From assembly GCA_002898395.1 (NCBI GenBank), contig BEHE01000009.1, positions 15,392-79,391 of the forward strand: a DNA stretch of 64,000 bases, written 5' to 3'. Source of the DNA: Candidatus Calditenuaceae archaeon HR02 (GTDB lineage Archaea > Thermoproteota > Nitrososphaeria_A > Caldarchaeales > Calditenuaceae). The stretch's first letter is position 1. Every line of letters begins with the position of its first letter. The position numbers and the translations under genes were made by a program. This document shows positions 10,334-20,562 of this stretch, in pieces. A model generated the notes under the pieces. The model did no database searches and was not told the DNA's origin. It saw only the letters and a program-made list of their open reading frames with translations.

Positions 10334-11430
10334 TAGACCAGATAATCGTCTAAGGGGTAGGAGGTGAGTGGTATGGCAGATTCCTCCGTGACCAAGACTG
10401 TGTCCTCCATTCTGACACCCCACTCACCCATTATATAGATACCCGGCTCACAGGTCACCACGTTATTCTCCATGAACTGGTCTTGACTGCCAGGACCTAT
10501 TCTCGGGGGCTCATGAATATCAATCCCCACGCCGTGGCCTAGGCTGTGTATAAAGTAGGATCCCATCCCCTTGCTGCTTAGTGAGTCACGGGCTATGTCG
10601 TCAACGTAGCTGCATGAGACTCCTGGCCGCATTATGCTTTGAGCCAGCGTCTTGGCGTTTATAACGGATTCGAATGCATTCTGAAGTTTCTCATCCATCT
10701 CTTTTCCGATGTAGAAGGTCCTAGTTATATCGGAGCAGTATCCCTCTACTTTCACACCAAGATCAATGACAACTACATCACCCTTCTTTAGGACCCTATC
10801 TCTAGTCGTTCCTCTTTGGATTGGCCCGTGGGGGAAGGCTGAGCGCTCTCCGAAAGCAACTATCGGCGCGAAGGCGGGCTCTTGGCCCACACGCCTGTAA
10901 ATTTCAGCGGTCAGCTCCGCCTTGACCTCACTCTCCCTAATCCCTGGTACCAAGAGGTCTGAGGCTGCCCTCATGACCTTGTCGGAGATTGAGCAGGCTT
11001 CCCTAATCACCTCCACCTCATATGGATCCTTTGACATTCTCATGTCCCATACGAGCCTTGACTGTGGCCGCAGGTCTATACCTCCTATTAGGGCGCTGAT
11101 CTTCCTATAAGTCTCGATGTCTAGGTTGTCTATTCCGACCATTCCTCCTAACTGGCTGAGAATCTCTGCGAGGAGCGCTTCTGGCGCAGCCCCCATTTTT
11201 AACTGCACTATCTCGATCTCCTGCGAAGCCTCCTTCTCTGCGAGACCGTAGTTCATTGGTGAAACGTAGAGAATTGCTGAGCCATCTTGGCGGATAAGGA
11301 GTGTTGCTGGACCTGGTAGTCCCGTGAAGTAGAAAATGTTTGACTCGTTGATGCATATGTAGGCGTTGAATCCGGAGAGCTCCAGCCGTGCTGCAAACTT
11401 TTCAATCCTGTCCTTATACCTCAACTCCAA
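10330..11430 (-). CDS. M24 family Xaa-Pro aminopeptidase/dipeptidase
   Basis: HGVGIDIHEPP, CEPGIY and MEDTV metal-ligand motifs. Confidence 0.75.
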   Translation of the reverse strand: MELRYKDRIEKFAARLELSGFNAYICINESNIFYFTGLPGPATLLIRQDGSAILYVSPMNYGLAEKEASQEIEIVQLKMGAAPEALLAEILSQLGGMVGIDNLDIETYRKISALIGGIDLRPQSRLVWDMRMSKDPYEVEVIREACSISDKVMRAASDLLVPGIRESEVKAELTAEIYRRVGQEPAFAPIVAFGERSAFPHGPIQRGTTRDRVLKKGDVVVIDLGVKVEGYCSDITRTFYIGKEMDEKLQNAFESVINAKTLAQSIMRPGVSCSYVDDIARDSLSSKGMGSYFIHSLGHGVGIDIHEPPRIGPGSQDQFMENNVVTCEPGIYIMGEWGVRMEDTVLVTEESAIPLTSYPLDDYLVY

Positions 11431-11593
11431 TCTGCTGTCAATCTATCCGCGGACTATATCAATCTTCAACCATTAAAGCAGAATAGAAATTGTCCTGAAG
11501 ACGGTTTGAGGGGTTCTGATGAAGGGAGATTTAAACGGGAGGTAGGCTGGTTTAGCGCTTTTTCCATGTGATACTCGCCCCCGCCCTACATCT

Positions 11594-11740
11594 ATTATCT
11601 TCTTGACTTGTTTCTTAGTTTTGTGTTGCATCGGGGGCATCTAATTTGTTCTGTGTTTATGTATTGTTGGCATTTTGAGGAGTATTTAAATCACCTACCA
11701 TATGCACCACTACTAGCGTCGGGGGTATCGAACTCTCAAC
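11594..11740. repeat. Intergenic repeat family B, copy 1 (~145 bp), contains a TATA-like box (agtatttaaatc)
   Basis: About 85% identical to 31449..31590. Confidence 0.65.
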
Positions 11741-11803
11741 AAAGACGATATGGCATTATAGGGATGAGATAGGAGAAAGGAAGGATTGGTGGAAGATTTG
11801 TGA

Positions 11804-11870
11804 TAGGTTACAGAGAGGTCTAGGCAGGAGAATGAGGCGCAGACGAAAACCCGCCCCCTCCCCTTTATCC
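11804..11870. repeat. Intergenic repeat family A, copy 2
   Basis: Matches 1553..1630. Confidence 0.7.
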
Positions 11871-12099
11871 CCTCTTTTTCCTTTTTCGGATCGGTTTCGC
11901 ACCCGCATTCCATATGAAAGTAAGGTTATTCCCTGGATGCCTCCAAGGCGGGCCGTCAAGCCCCTCCCCACCACTCTTCACGCCCTTCTCCCTCACCTCC
12001 ACGACCTCTCTTATGCTCCCGAGCACCTCAAGCTCGTGCTCCAGCTCCCTAATCTTCTTATCAAGATATTCTCTTAGCTGGCTTATCCATTCTCAACCT

Positions 12100-14424
12100 T
12101 TAGGTTCGCACTACGTCGTGTATCACTATTGTGGTCTTCCCGTCTATCTTGTGTATTGTGGCGAGCGCTTTGAAGACTTTCCCCTTCTTTATTAGGTCTC
12201 TGGGGCCGTTGTATGCTGTTGCGTCGAGCCTCGCCCTAAACCTGTCATCAACCACTACTATCGCGAATCCTGGATAGATCTTCTCGACCATTATCTCGTG
12301 GACTTTCTCGGGGGCCTTGGAAGCCTTCACAGCGGCCTTTGCAACATATCTTTCACCCGACTTGACCACTAGTCCGTCCCTGACTAGCCTGTTCAACGAT
12401 ATCCTGACTATGTCGGGGCTGTGGCTGAGAAGGTCCATGGCATCGGCCATGGATAAGCCCTTAACTCCAGCCTCCAGAAGCCTGTCGTAGAGCTCTCTCC
12501 TACACCTGAGAAGCTCCCCATAGCTGATCTTGGAAGTATCAATAGAGGGTTCGCTCTCCTTGGTCTTCTCTAATTCACCTTCAACCACCACTTCTAGCGC
12601 GTCCCGCCTCCAGGGCCACGGCTCTCCGGGCTTAGGCTCAGGCCCCCTCCTCTCGACCTTGAAGCCGCTCAGCTTCTTCGAGACGTTCTCAAGGATTTTA
12701 GCCATCTTCCTAGCCCTCCTATACCCTTCCCTGAAGTAGTATTCGTCCACTGTTTTCTCCGTGATGAGAATGGTTACTTTCCCAGGTAGTCTCCTACCAG
12801 TCCTTCCCCTTCTCTGTATGTATCTTATCCCTGAGACTGCCGGCTCGTAGAATATAACGTATCCGCACTCAGGTATGTCTAGGCCCTCCTCTCCTATAGA
12901 TGTGGCTACTAGTACTTTGAATTCTCCCCTCCTGAAGGCATCTAGTATCTTCTTCTGCTCCTCCTGGCTCATCCTCGGGCCCATCTTACCCTCACCCTTA
13001 CCTATGAAGAGGTGTGCAGATACTCCTCTAGACCTTAGCCGCTCAACCAGTATCTCGGCCGTGTGCCTAATATTGGCGAATACCATAATCCTGTCACCCG
13101 GCTTCTCCCTTAGGTGCTGGTCGACTAGGGCTAGGAGGGCCTCGACCTTGCTGTGGTCCTCGCTGCACTTCTCAGCCATCCTGACTAGCTCCTGGAATTC
13201 TGGTCTCCTAGAGAGCATCTTGTGGCTCTTCAGCTCCGAGTTTGAGATCTCCCTCAGATACTCCCTCAACGAGTAGGCGTGCTGGCTCTCTATCAACTCC
13301 AAGGCATGGTAGAGGCTCAGGAGCTCAGAGCATAGTGCCACGTAGTGCATGTTCTGGCCCTTAACGCCTGAGTCTATCTCAGCCCTAAGCCTAGCCATGA
13401 GCTGGACTATCACCTTCCTGTTTATGCCCTCTAGCGGAGACCTGAGCAGGCCATATGTCTGTAGTTGCCTAGCCGTAGACTCTATCATCCGCTTTATACG
13501 GCTCCTAATCGCCTCGTATGACTGTGGGAGCCCCAGCTTAACCCACGCAACCTTAACCCCTGGAATATAGCTCGAGACATCCTCATCCTCCTCTGTCCTC
13601 CAGACAATCCTCTCTATCCAGAGGTTCTTGACGACCTCGAGCACTCTCTCCTCCTCGCTCCCCGGACTAGCTGTAAGCCCGAGAATCCTGGGCCACGGGC
13701 ATTTCCTAACGTATTCGGACGCGAGCCTAGTATAGGCGTATCTGCTCCTACTTCTGTGGCACTCGTCGAAGACTAGTAGGGCGAACTCCTCAAGCCTTAT
13801 CCAGCCCCGTCTATAGTCGTTATAGGCTGTCTGGGGTGTTGAGAATACCAGCCTGATAGAGGGGTTCTCCCAGACCATTCTCCTATTGGTGTCCACCACC
13901 TCTCCGGTAACGGCCACGGCCTCGCCCTCCGATATGTTGAGGTGTTTTAGGAAGCTCTGCCTGTGCTGTAGGACTAGCGGCTTGGTTGGAGCCATCATGA
14001 GTATTCTGCATCTAGGATGCCTGTGGAGCAGCTCTGCGGCCACTAGCTCGGCTATGACAGTCTTACCCAGTGCTGTGGGTAGGACTACTAGAGTATTGCC
14101 CTTGAGGGCTCCCCCAACCATCCCCCTCTGATAATCTCGGTCCTCGATCGTCTCGGTCCTAACCATGGGATGAGTTACAAACTGCCTCATCTCCACCCTC
14201 TCAACCTCCTCCGTTGTTCTCTCTTGGACGACTGTTTGGTTGGGCGTCGGGGATGCCAATAGACCCTCAGCAACCTTCACCGCATAGATGTGCTTACAGT
14301 CCCTGCCCTGCTTCTTGGCCCTGTATACGTAGTCAGGGCATGTGCACGTGAATTTTTCCCCGTCAAACGTTACTCTGTAGGTCTTTGAGGGGTCTTCCTG
14401 GCTGGGGACATCCCAGACACGCAT
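12100..14424 (-). CDS. Hef/FANCM-family SF2 helicase with N-terminal SWIM-type zinc finger and C-terminal winged-helix-like region; no ERCC4 nuclease domain
   Basis: N-terminal FTCTCPDY...CKHIYAV (CxCxnCxH); Walker A LPTALGKT; DECH box; LGLTASPG motif III typical of Hef/RIG-I/FANCM. Confidence 0.7.
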   Translation of the reverse strand: MRVWDVPSQEDPSKTYRVTFDGEKFTCTCPDYVYRAKKQGRDCKHIYAVKVAEGLLASPTPNQTVVQERTTEEVERVEMRQFVTHPMVRTETIEDRDYQRGMVGGALKGNTLVVLPTALGKTVIAELVAAELLHRHPRCRILMMAPTKPLVLQHRQSFLKHLNISEGEAVAVTGEVVDTNRRMVWENPSIRLVFSTPQTAYNDYRRGWIRLEEFALLVFDECHRSRSRYAYTRLASEYVRKCPWPRILGLTASPGSEEERVLEVVKNLWIERIVWRTEEDEDVSSYIPGVKVAWVKLGLPQSYEAIRSRIKRMIESTARQLQTYGLLRSPLEGINRKVIVQLMARLRAEIDSGVKGQNMHYVALCSELLSLYHALELIESQHAYSLREYLREISNSELKSHKMLSRRPEFQELVRMAEKCSEDHSKVEALLALVDQHLREKPGDRIMVFANIRHTAEILVERLRSRGVSAHLFIGKGEGKMGPRMSQEEQKKILDAFRRGEFKVLVATSIGEEGLDIPECGYVIFYEPAVSGIRYIQRRGRTGRRLPGKVTILITEKTVDEYYFREGYRRARKMAKILENVSKKLSGFKVERRGPEPKPGEPWPWRRDALEVVVEGELEKTKESEPSIDTSKISYGELLRCRRELYDRLLEAGVKGLSMADAMDLLSHSPDIVRISLNRLVRDGLVVKSGERYVAKAAVKASKAPEKVHEIMVEKIYPGFAIVVVDDRFRARLDATAYNGPRDLIKKGKVFKALATIHKIDGKTTIVIHDVVRT

Positions 14425-14457
14425 CTAAGCCTATCTGGCCCACGATTCATAAATATT

Positions 14458-14754
14458 TTGAATGCCTTCATATGTTTGATGAGCTATCGTAGGGGTAGGA
14501 GGTTTGAGTATGAGGTTAGGGATTATTTTGGGAGTAGGGGCTGGCTTGTAATAAGGGCCGCTAGGAGCAAGCCAGTAGACCTGGTGTGTATTAAGGGTGG
14601 TAGGGTGGTTCTGGTTGAGTGCAGGTATGCTGGAGGAAGGCTCACGAGGAGTGAGAGGAGGAGCCTAGCGAGGATGGCTAGGAGGTATCGTGTCGGTGTA
14701 ATTATAGCTCATAGGAGGGTGAGGGGAGGTCTGGAGCTTACGACAGTGAAGTAG
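14458..14754 (+). CDS. Mini Holliday-junction-resolvase-like PD-(D/E)xK nuclease (Hjc family); probable start at the internal Met (MSYRRG)
   Basis: Aligns by eye with Hjc: RGxxxExxVxxxxxxxGWxVIRAAxS...VDLVxIKGGxVVLVECR; divergent from the helicase gene. Confidence 0.55.
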   Translation: MNAFICLMSYRRGRRFEYEVRDYFGSRGWLVIRAARSKPVDLVCIKGGRVVLVECRYAGGRLTRSERRSLARMARRYRVGVIIAHRRVRGGLELTTVK

Positions 14755-14838
14755 ACTCGATTATCTATTGGAGGCTGTGGAGCCTAGGCCTCATAGTCAG
14801 GCGGCCGCAGATATAACAGATGTCGGGGACGGCTGGGG

Positions 14839-15177
14839 CTATATTTCTAGTGACTCGTCTGGGCTTGTTTCCTTGGGGTTTACCTTTTCAATGGCCTTTA
14901 GAACGTCTTCTAGCCTCTCGTCGGAGAGTAGTTTCCTGAATGTCTCAAGCTCGTCTACTGTCCTTAGGATTAATCCCCTCTTCTTGGTTGGCGCTCCATC
15001 ATCACCCACAGGGTTAATCTCTACTAGTAGTGATGCTGGCCTGCCTCTAGATGCTGGTGCCTTGACGACGAATATTCCCGGAGAGCCCCTAACCGGAACC
15101 CTCTGCCAATCCCTACCACTCTCAAGAACCCTCCTCAAAGACTCTTCCAGCGTCATCGGCTGAGGAGGTGAATCCAT
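14839..15177 (-). CDS. Hypothetical protein
   Basis: ORF only; no motif recognised. Confidence 0.3.
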   Translation of the reverse strand: MDSPPQPMTLEESLRRVLESGRDWQRVPVRGSPGIFVVKAPASRGRPASLLVEINPVGDDGAPTKKRGLILRTVDELETFRKLLSDERLEDVLKAIEKVNPKETSPDESLEI

Positions 15178-15669
15178 GCATATAAGCGTAGCAGCCTCTC
15201 TTCCTAGCCATAAGCCATCAAAATAATGATTAGACAGTGGATAAGTCAGTTACGCTCAATGGATGAATTGAATACTGTTCCGATGTCTGAAGCTACTCAG
15301 AGGGCCTGGTTGGGAAGAGGTCTAAGAAAGCCTCCAAGAAGTCACGCGTCAGGGAGAAGGCTAGGAAGACAGCTAAGAAGCCTGTAGAGGCTGGGGAGAA
15401 GCCTGCTGAGACCGAGCCTGTAACTGGGGTTTGGGACTCCGACTTAGCTATCCTCCCTAAATATCGTCATTTTTCGTGGTTCCATCTTGTTAGAAGGTCT
15501 TTTCCAACGCTTGCCACATCCGCTTTCCTTATCGACTACGTAGATTACGGGTCTCTGCATATTTAGTGCGTGTCCCTTGCCTTACCTTGAGGGCGAATAT
15601 GTCCTGGCCCTTCTGCGTCGAGACACTTATTGACTTCCAATACAAGATAAAAGCGGATTCGCAACAGCA

Positions 15670-17949
15670 CTAAGCAACCTCGTCGATCATAGTAGGGGCG
15701 TTCGTGGACAACTCCCTTTCAAACCTGAATATCTTAGCTTCGGCGCCCTCGAACACTTCCTCGTCATGGGTTATAATTATCACCTGCCTAACTGCCTTGC
15801 TCAGGCTAGTGAAGACGTCTAGCAGCCTCTTTCTATTTTCTGAGTCTAAATGGATTGTGGGTTCATCGAGAATGAAGAAGCCCAGTCTCTGGGCGCCCAA
15901 CACATCCCCTATCGCGAACCTGAGTGCCAGGGCAAGGGCAACTTTCTCTCCCCCGCTTAGCCTACTCATATCCACTTCTCTGCCCCTGAAGAAGCATTTG
16001 AACATGATTTTTACGCCGCTTTCCTCGATCTTGACATCATCTATCCTGACGTCAAAGGCGTCTAAGTAGCTCTTGGCGTGGTCTGCAACCTTTCTGAATA
16101 TCCACGTCCTCAGGCTCCTCAATACTACACCATCGCGGTAGAACAACTCGTTCCTTACCTTATCCATGAGCCTGTAGAACCTCTCGGCCCTGACAAGTAC
16201 TTCCCTGACCCTTTGCAACTCTTTAATCTTCTTTTTAGCCTCCTCAAGCTCTTTCTCAACGCTTTCCAATCTTGCCTCTCGATCGCTGATCAATTTTATG
16301 AGACCCTTTTCTTCGACTTCCAGCCTTCCGAGTTCTTCAGGATTGAATTCCTTTTTCCGAGCCTCCTTCACTCTCTCTTTCAGCCAAGGGAGGAGCTGCT
16401 CTCCCTCTTCTCCGATTAGCCTACTAATGTCCTCGAGTAGCTGGTCTTCTAGATTGACTTCTCCCCAGATCACTTGATTTAGCGTCTCCAAACTCCGCTT
16501 AGCCTCCTCTAACATGGCTTTAGCTTTCTTAACACCTTCCGGGCCCCCGATCTTTTCTAGTTCTTCCGACGCCCTCTTAACCTCTTCACGTAGCCATGAG
16601 ACCTCTTTCCCATATAACTTGCTGAGGTTATCTCTCTCCTTCTTGGCTTCATCTAATTTCTTTGTGAGAGAGCGTAGTTCCCGGTCTATTTCCTCGAGCT
16701 GCTTACTTACCTGGTCGCGCTCCTTTTCCCGGTTGGCAACATGGCTTGCTAAGGCGGAGCTATACGCCTCTGAGACCACCGCCACAACCTCTTCTACTTC
16801 TTGGTCTACCTGTAGGCTGAGGAGATTTATCTGGCCTCCCTTACTAATAGCTAGGGTTCTGCCCAGCTCGATCGCGTCATCCCTAAGCTTCTCGGCTTTG
16901 ACGCGGGCCTCCTTTTCAAGTTCTTTTAAGGTCTTAGCTTTCGAAGCATCCACCTTGACCCTGCCCAGCTCGTCTTCTATCTCCTTCAAGCGTTTACTCG
17001 CTTCTTCCCTCCTCGCCTTCAGTGAGAATAAGTCGCCTTTAATCTTCTCGATCTTCTTATCAAGTTCCTCTACACTCTTAACTCTCTTTTCTATATCGTC
17101 CTTCAACTCTATCAACTTAAGATACTCTAAGCCCTTCTCCGAGATGTCTCGCAACCGGGTCACTTTATCATTCAATAAATCCCTAAGCGTTAGGAGGTCT
17201 AATCGTATTTTTTCAAGAAGTTCTCTCACCTGTCTCAGCTCCTTAATCCTTGCGTCTACTTTTTCTTTCATTCGTTTAAGCTTATCTAGCTCCTTTTGTA
17301 GTGATGCTCTTGTTTCCTCACCTGTTTCGGCCTTCTTTTCAAGCCCTCTTAGTTCTTCACCCACCTTATCGGCCTCTCGCGGGGGCCTCCCAACCTCCCT
17401 GACCACCCTCTCTTCAAAGCTTTTGAGGACTTCAAGCATGGCATAGTAGGCTTTTTCCATGGCAGTGAGACCCATTAAGTCGTCGAACAGCTCTTTGAGG
17501 TCTTTTGGATCAGCGGAGAGTATCTTATCGAGTTCTCCCTGCTGGATTATCACCGCGGTTCTCATCCTATCGTAGTTTAGTTCGAACAGTTCTTGAACAG
17601 CCTTTGATACGGTTTCTTCCCCTCTCTTCTCACCGGAGGCAATTAATTCCCCATCCTTTCTCAGCGTAGCGGATTCAAGGTTTCCTCTCACGTCAAAGCT
17701 CCTAACGATCTGATACTTACTGCCCCTATACTCGAATTCGAGCTCAACTCTACCGCTGTCTGTCCCGTCTCTCACAATATTCCTATTTCCGCCCTTCATG
17801 TGCTTCCCATAGAGGGCGTAGGTTATCCCGTCTATCACGGAGCTCTTGCCAGAGCCGTTTCTCCCAAGGAAGATAGTCAATCCTTCTGGAAACTTTATCT
17901 CGGTTTCTTTGTGGCAGGTGAAGTTTAGGAGCTTAACCCTCACTATCAC
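15670..17949 (-). CDS. rad50: Rad50-type SMC-like ATPase (DSB repair), no recognisable CxxC zinc hook
   Basis: N-terminal GRNGSGKSS Walker A; long coiled coil; C-terminal LSGGEKV signature; FILDEPTIHLD Walker B; only two Cys in the whole protein. Confidence 0.8.
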   Translation of the reverse strand: MIVRVKLLNFTCHKETEIKFPEGLTIFLGRNGSGKSSVIDGITYALYGKHMKGGNRNIVRDGTDSGRVELEFEYRGSKYQIVRSFDVRGNLESATLRKDGELIASGEKRGEETVSKAVQELFELNYDRMRTAVIIQQGELDKILSADPKDLKELFDDLMGLTAMEKAYYAMLEVLKSFEERVVREVGRPPREADKVGEELRGLEKKAETGEETRASLQKELDKLKRMKEKVDARIKELRQVRELLEKIRLDLLTLRDLLNDKVTRLRDISEKGLEYLKLIELKDDIEKRVKSVEELDKKIEKIKGDLFSLKARREEASKRLKEIEDELGRVKVDASKAKTLKELEKEARVKAEKLRDDAIELGRTLAISKGGQINLLSLQVDQEVEEVVAVVSEAYSSALASHVANREKERDQVSKQLEEIDRELRSLTKKLDEAKKERDNLSKLYGKEVSWLREEVKRASEELEKIGGPEGVKKAKAMLEEAKRSLETLNQVIWGEVNLEDQLLEDISRLIGEEGEQLLPWLKERVKEARKKEFNPEELGRLEVEEKGLIKLISDREARLESVEKELEEAKKKIKELQRVREVLVRAERFYRLMDKVRNELFYRDGVVLRSLRTWIFRKVADHAKSYLDAFDVRIDDVKIEESGVKIMFKCFFRGREVDMSRLSGGEKVALALALRFAIGDVLGAQRLGFFILDEPTIHLDSENRKRLLDVFTSLSKAVRQVIIITHDEEVFEGAEAKIFRFERELSTNAPTMIDEVA

Positions 17950-19069
17950 TCCCAGCCCAATCCCTCGGCCACGATTTCCAAAGCTTCCAGACAGCTTCCT
18001 TCGCGTTTACTAGATCTCCTGAAGCTAGGCGAGGGAGTAGCTCGTTTAGGGCAAAATCTATGACCTTCTCGTCTCCTATCGCCTTCACCGCGAGCCTTCT
18101 GAGCTCCCCATCAATACTAATCTCCGGCTCGCTTGCGTATACCTTTCCCTCAGTTGGGGCTGGAATCACCTGTAGCCTCTTGATTATGAACTTATCACTA
18201 AGCCTCTGCTCAATACTCTGGACACTTACCGGCCTATCGGCCTTGACGACAAGCCATAAGCATGGCTTGGACGGATAGTCGACGCCGGTGATCTCCTTGA
18301 CCTTCTCGTCAAGCTCTCTTACATCTACCTCGAGTCTGAGTTTCGGCCTAACGTTTGGGAGCCTGACCCATTCGGCTAGGGCCTGATCACCTGATAAATC
18401 CACTATGAAGACGCCGCACTCACCGGAGTCGTCGACCTTGACCCAATGCGTTGCTCCGGGGTAGGCTAGTAGTCCACTTCCCCAATTCCGTTTATAGCTC
18501 TTATGAATGTGCCCCATCGCATAGTAGTCGAATCCGGCAGGTAGCTCGAATATCGAGAGCTCGGCTCCAAGCTCCCAGGCCTCCTTTATCCCCTGATGGA
18601 GGACTAGGACCTTCTTTCCCCCTATATTCGGTAGCATCCTCTGAATTTTTTCAAATTTTTCTATGAGAGATTTCCACTCAACCCGCTTATGCTTATGGAG
18701 GCCTATTACGGTAACCCCTCCAACTTGGTATGGTTCGCCTGTTCCAATATATCTGCCGAGGCCCTGTAGCTGTAGGATTATGGGATGCGGCGTTGAGGGG
18801 ACGTTGCTTATGTCATGCTCTCCGAGCGTGAATAAGAATGGGATGCCGCGCCCTTTCAGCTTTCTCACTTCCTGGATCAAGACCTTCATTGCTGTTCCAT
18901 AGGGTTTCGGCTCATGTAGAATGTCTCCTGAGTGGATTACGAGTTCAACTCTTTCTCTGATGAATAGGTCTATGGCATCCTTAAACGCATTGTAGTGGTC
19001 TTCTTCTCTCTCTGGCTCGACTCCCGCATGGACCCCCAGATGCGTGTCGGATATGTGACCGATCATCAT
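17933..19069 (-). CDS. mre11: Mre11 DSB-repair nuclease (calcineurin-like phosphoesterase)
   Basis: MMIGHISDTHLG, HSGDILH, GEHD and MGHIH phosphoesterase motifs; overlaps the rad50 start. Confidence 0.85.
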   Translation of the reverse strand: MMIGHISDTHLGVHAGVEPEREEDHYNAFKDAIDLFIRERVELVIHSGDILHEPKPYGTAMKVLIQEVRKLKGRGIPFLFTLGEHDISNVPSTPHPIILQLQGLGRYIGTGEPYQVGGVTVIGLHKHKRVEWKSLIEKFEKIQRMLPNIGGKKVLVLHQGIKEAWELGAELSIFELPAGFDYYAMGHIHKSYKRNWGSGLLAYPGATHWVKVDDSGECGVFIVDLSGDQALAEWVRLPNVRPKLRLEVDVRELDEKVKEITGVDYPSKPCLWLVVKADRPVSVQSIEQRLSDKFIIKRLQVIPAPTEGKVYASEPEISIDGELRRLAVKAIGDEKVIDFALNELLPRLASGDLVNAKEAVWKLWKSWPRDWAGSDSEG

Positions 19070-20562
19070 AGCTTTATCAGCTCCTCCGTCGAGTAGTCGG
19101 AACCAGAACCATACTCTCTCTCCCATAAATCGACTGCATCCAAGTCTCTACCGATCAACTTCTCCTCTACGAGATCCACCTTAACGAGGGCTGGAACTTT
19201 GATGAACTGGCCTGCGAGTATCATCTCTCCTGGGTTCAGGCTTGGTAGAGAGGTGCCGAGCTCTTCTGATACGTCGTCGGTGACCTCCCTGACGAAGTTC
19301 TGGTCTTTTGGATGTATTAGACCTGAGATCGCAAAGCTCCCCATCTGACTTATCGTGTCGGCGTCCAGCTTGCTCGGCCTCTGCGAGATGATTATCAGCG
19401 ATACCCCGAACTTCCTACCCTCCCTAGCAATTCTCGCGATTATCTCCGAGCACCTAGTCCGCCTTTCTGATGGGAGGAATGCATGAGCCTCCTCTATCAC
19501 CACTATCACAGGCGACTTGAACTTCGCCCCGCCCTCGCCCCTAACCGCATTCTTCCTATCCTGCAGTATCTCTTCTAGGTAGCGATCAACTATGATTTGG
19601 GACTGATATTCCGTCAACTCTGAGATATCGAGGACGTTTACCCTATTGTTGACGATTACATCGAGTGGGCTTCTAGCCGAAGGATCGAATACCTTTCCCC
19701 ACACGGTTAGAGCCCTGTTGATTATCTCGGTAACGCTCACAGCCCTAATCCTCGTCTGGAAATCAAAGTTGTTATCATCCACGGCTATTGCCTGAAGTCT
19801 TCCAATAATAGCCCCCCAGAAGTCTTCAGCCTCCCTAACCTCTTGAGTATAGACTTGTTGAAGTAAGCCCCTCTGCCTTTCGGCATCCCTCCTGACTCCC
19901 ACCAAGTCTGCCAACTCCTCTGCATCTAGGTATCGGGGATTTATCTTCGGTATGGTAATCTTTATTCCGGGGATTCTTAACTGATCGTATTCTCCATGAT
20001 AGTCGAATATCACCATGGTCCCATGTCTTTCGGAGACCTTCTTAGCGAGAAGGGCTAAGAGATTTGACTTGCCCTTGCCAGTTGCCGCCAATATCGCTAG
20101 ATGCCTCGAGGCGACCATGTTCAAGTTTATCGATACCCTGACCTCGGGCCTTCTCAGCAGATAGCCCACGCCCACCCATCTCTTCCCCTCGGAGCCGTAG
20201 ATACTCTTCAGCAAATCATCTCCGGCCGGTTTAACAGATGCTCCAGGCTCAGGCGGCAACGTAGGGTAAATTCTCCTACCCTCCAATAGCTCATTAACGA
20301 GTCCAAGAGCCCTAGCGATGCCTATCCTAACCCTATCTCTCGGGTTCTTACTGCTTGCCCGCCTCACCTCGTCAGCAGTTTGGTAATCTGTTTCATTTTG
20401 CAACAACTCACTGATGTTCCTAAACCCCTCAACCATGTAGACTATGGGCCCATCCTCGGTGTCCACAACTACATAATCCCCAACTCTTACTGGGTACTTC
20501 GCCACGAACTCTATCCTATCGGGTCTCGCCTCCCCTATCACGATTCCGACCTCGTCGCTCAT
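19066..20562 (-). CDS. herA: HerA hexameric DNA helicase/translocase
   Basis: HLAILAATGKGKS Walker A; N-terminal HAS barrel region; position inside the Mre11 operon. Confidence 0.85.
   Translation of the reverse strand: MSDEVGIVIGEARPDRIEFVAKYPVRVGDYVVVDTEDGPIVYMVEGFRNISELLQNETDYQTADEVRRASSKNPRDRVRIGIARALGLVNELLEGRRIYPTLPPEPGASVKPAGDDLLKSIYGSEGKRWVGVGYLLRRPEVRVSINLNMVASRHLAILAATGKGKSNLLALLAKKVSERHGTMVIFDYHGEYDQLRIPGIKITIPKINPRYLDAEELADLVGVRRDAERQRGLLQQVYTQEVREAEDFWGAIIGRLQAIAVDDNNFDFQTRIRAVSVTEIINRALTVWGKVFDPSARSPLDVIVNNRVNVLDISELTEYQSQIIVDRYLEEILQDRKNAVRGEGGAKFKSPVIVVIEEAHAFLPSERRTRCSEIIARIAREGRKFGVSLIIISQRPSKLDADTISQMGSFAISGLIHPKDQNFVREVTDDVSEELGTSLPSLNPGEMILAGQFIKVPALVKVDLVEEKLIGRDLDAVDLWEREYGSGSDYSTEELIKL

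Noticed and set aside
11700-11745. tRNA-like T-arm (gggggtatcgaactc) inside repeat B
   Set aside because: No complementary T-stem, acceptor stem or D-arm could be built, and the motif is not conserved in the second repeat copy.
15283-15566. Lys/Arg-rich small ORFs between hypothetical gene 14839..15177 and rad50
   Set aside because: The K-rich frame (SKKASKKSRVREKARKTAKKP...) has no ATG, GTG or TTG start downstream of its stop. The ATG-started frame gives only a 37-aa Arg-rich peptide. It may be a frameshifted remnant, but the support is too weak to call a gene.
16514-17446. 310-aa Ser/Leu-rich ORF on the plus strand
   Set aside because: It lies entirely antisense to rad50. Its low-complexity composition mirrors the E/K/R-rich coiled-coil codons on the other strand, so it is spurious.
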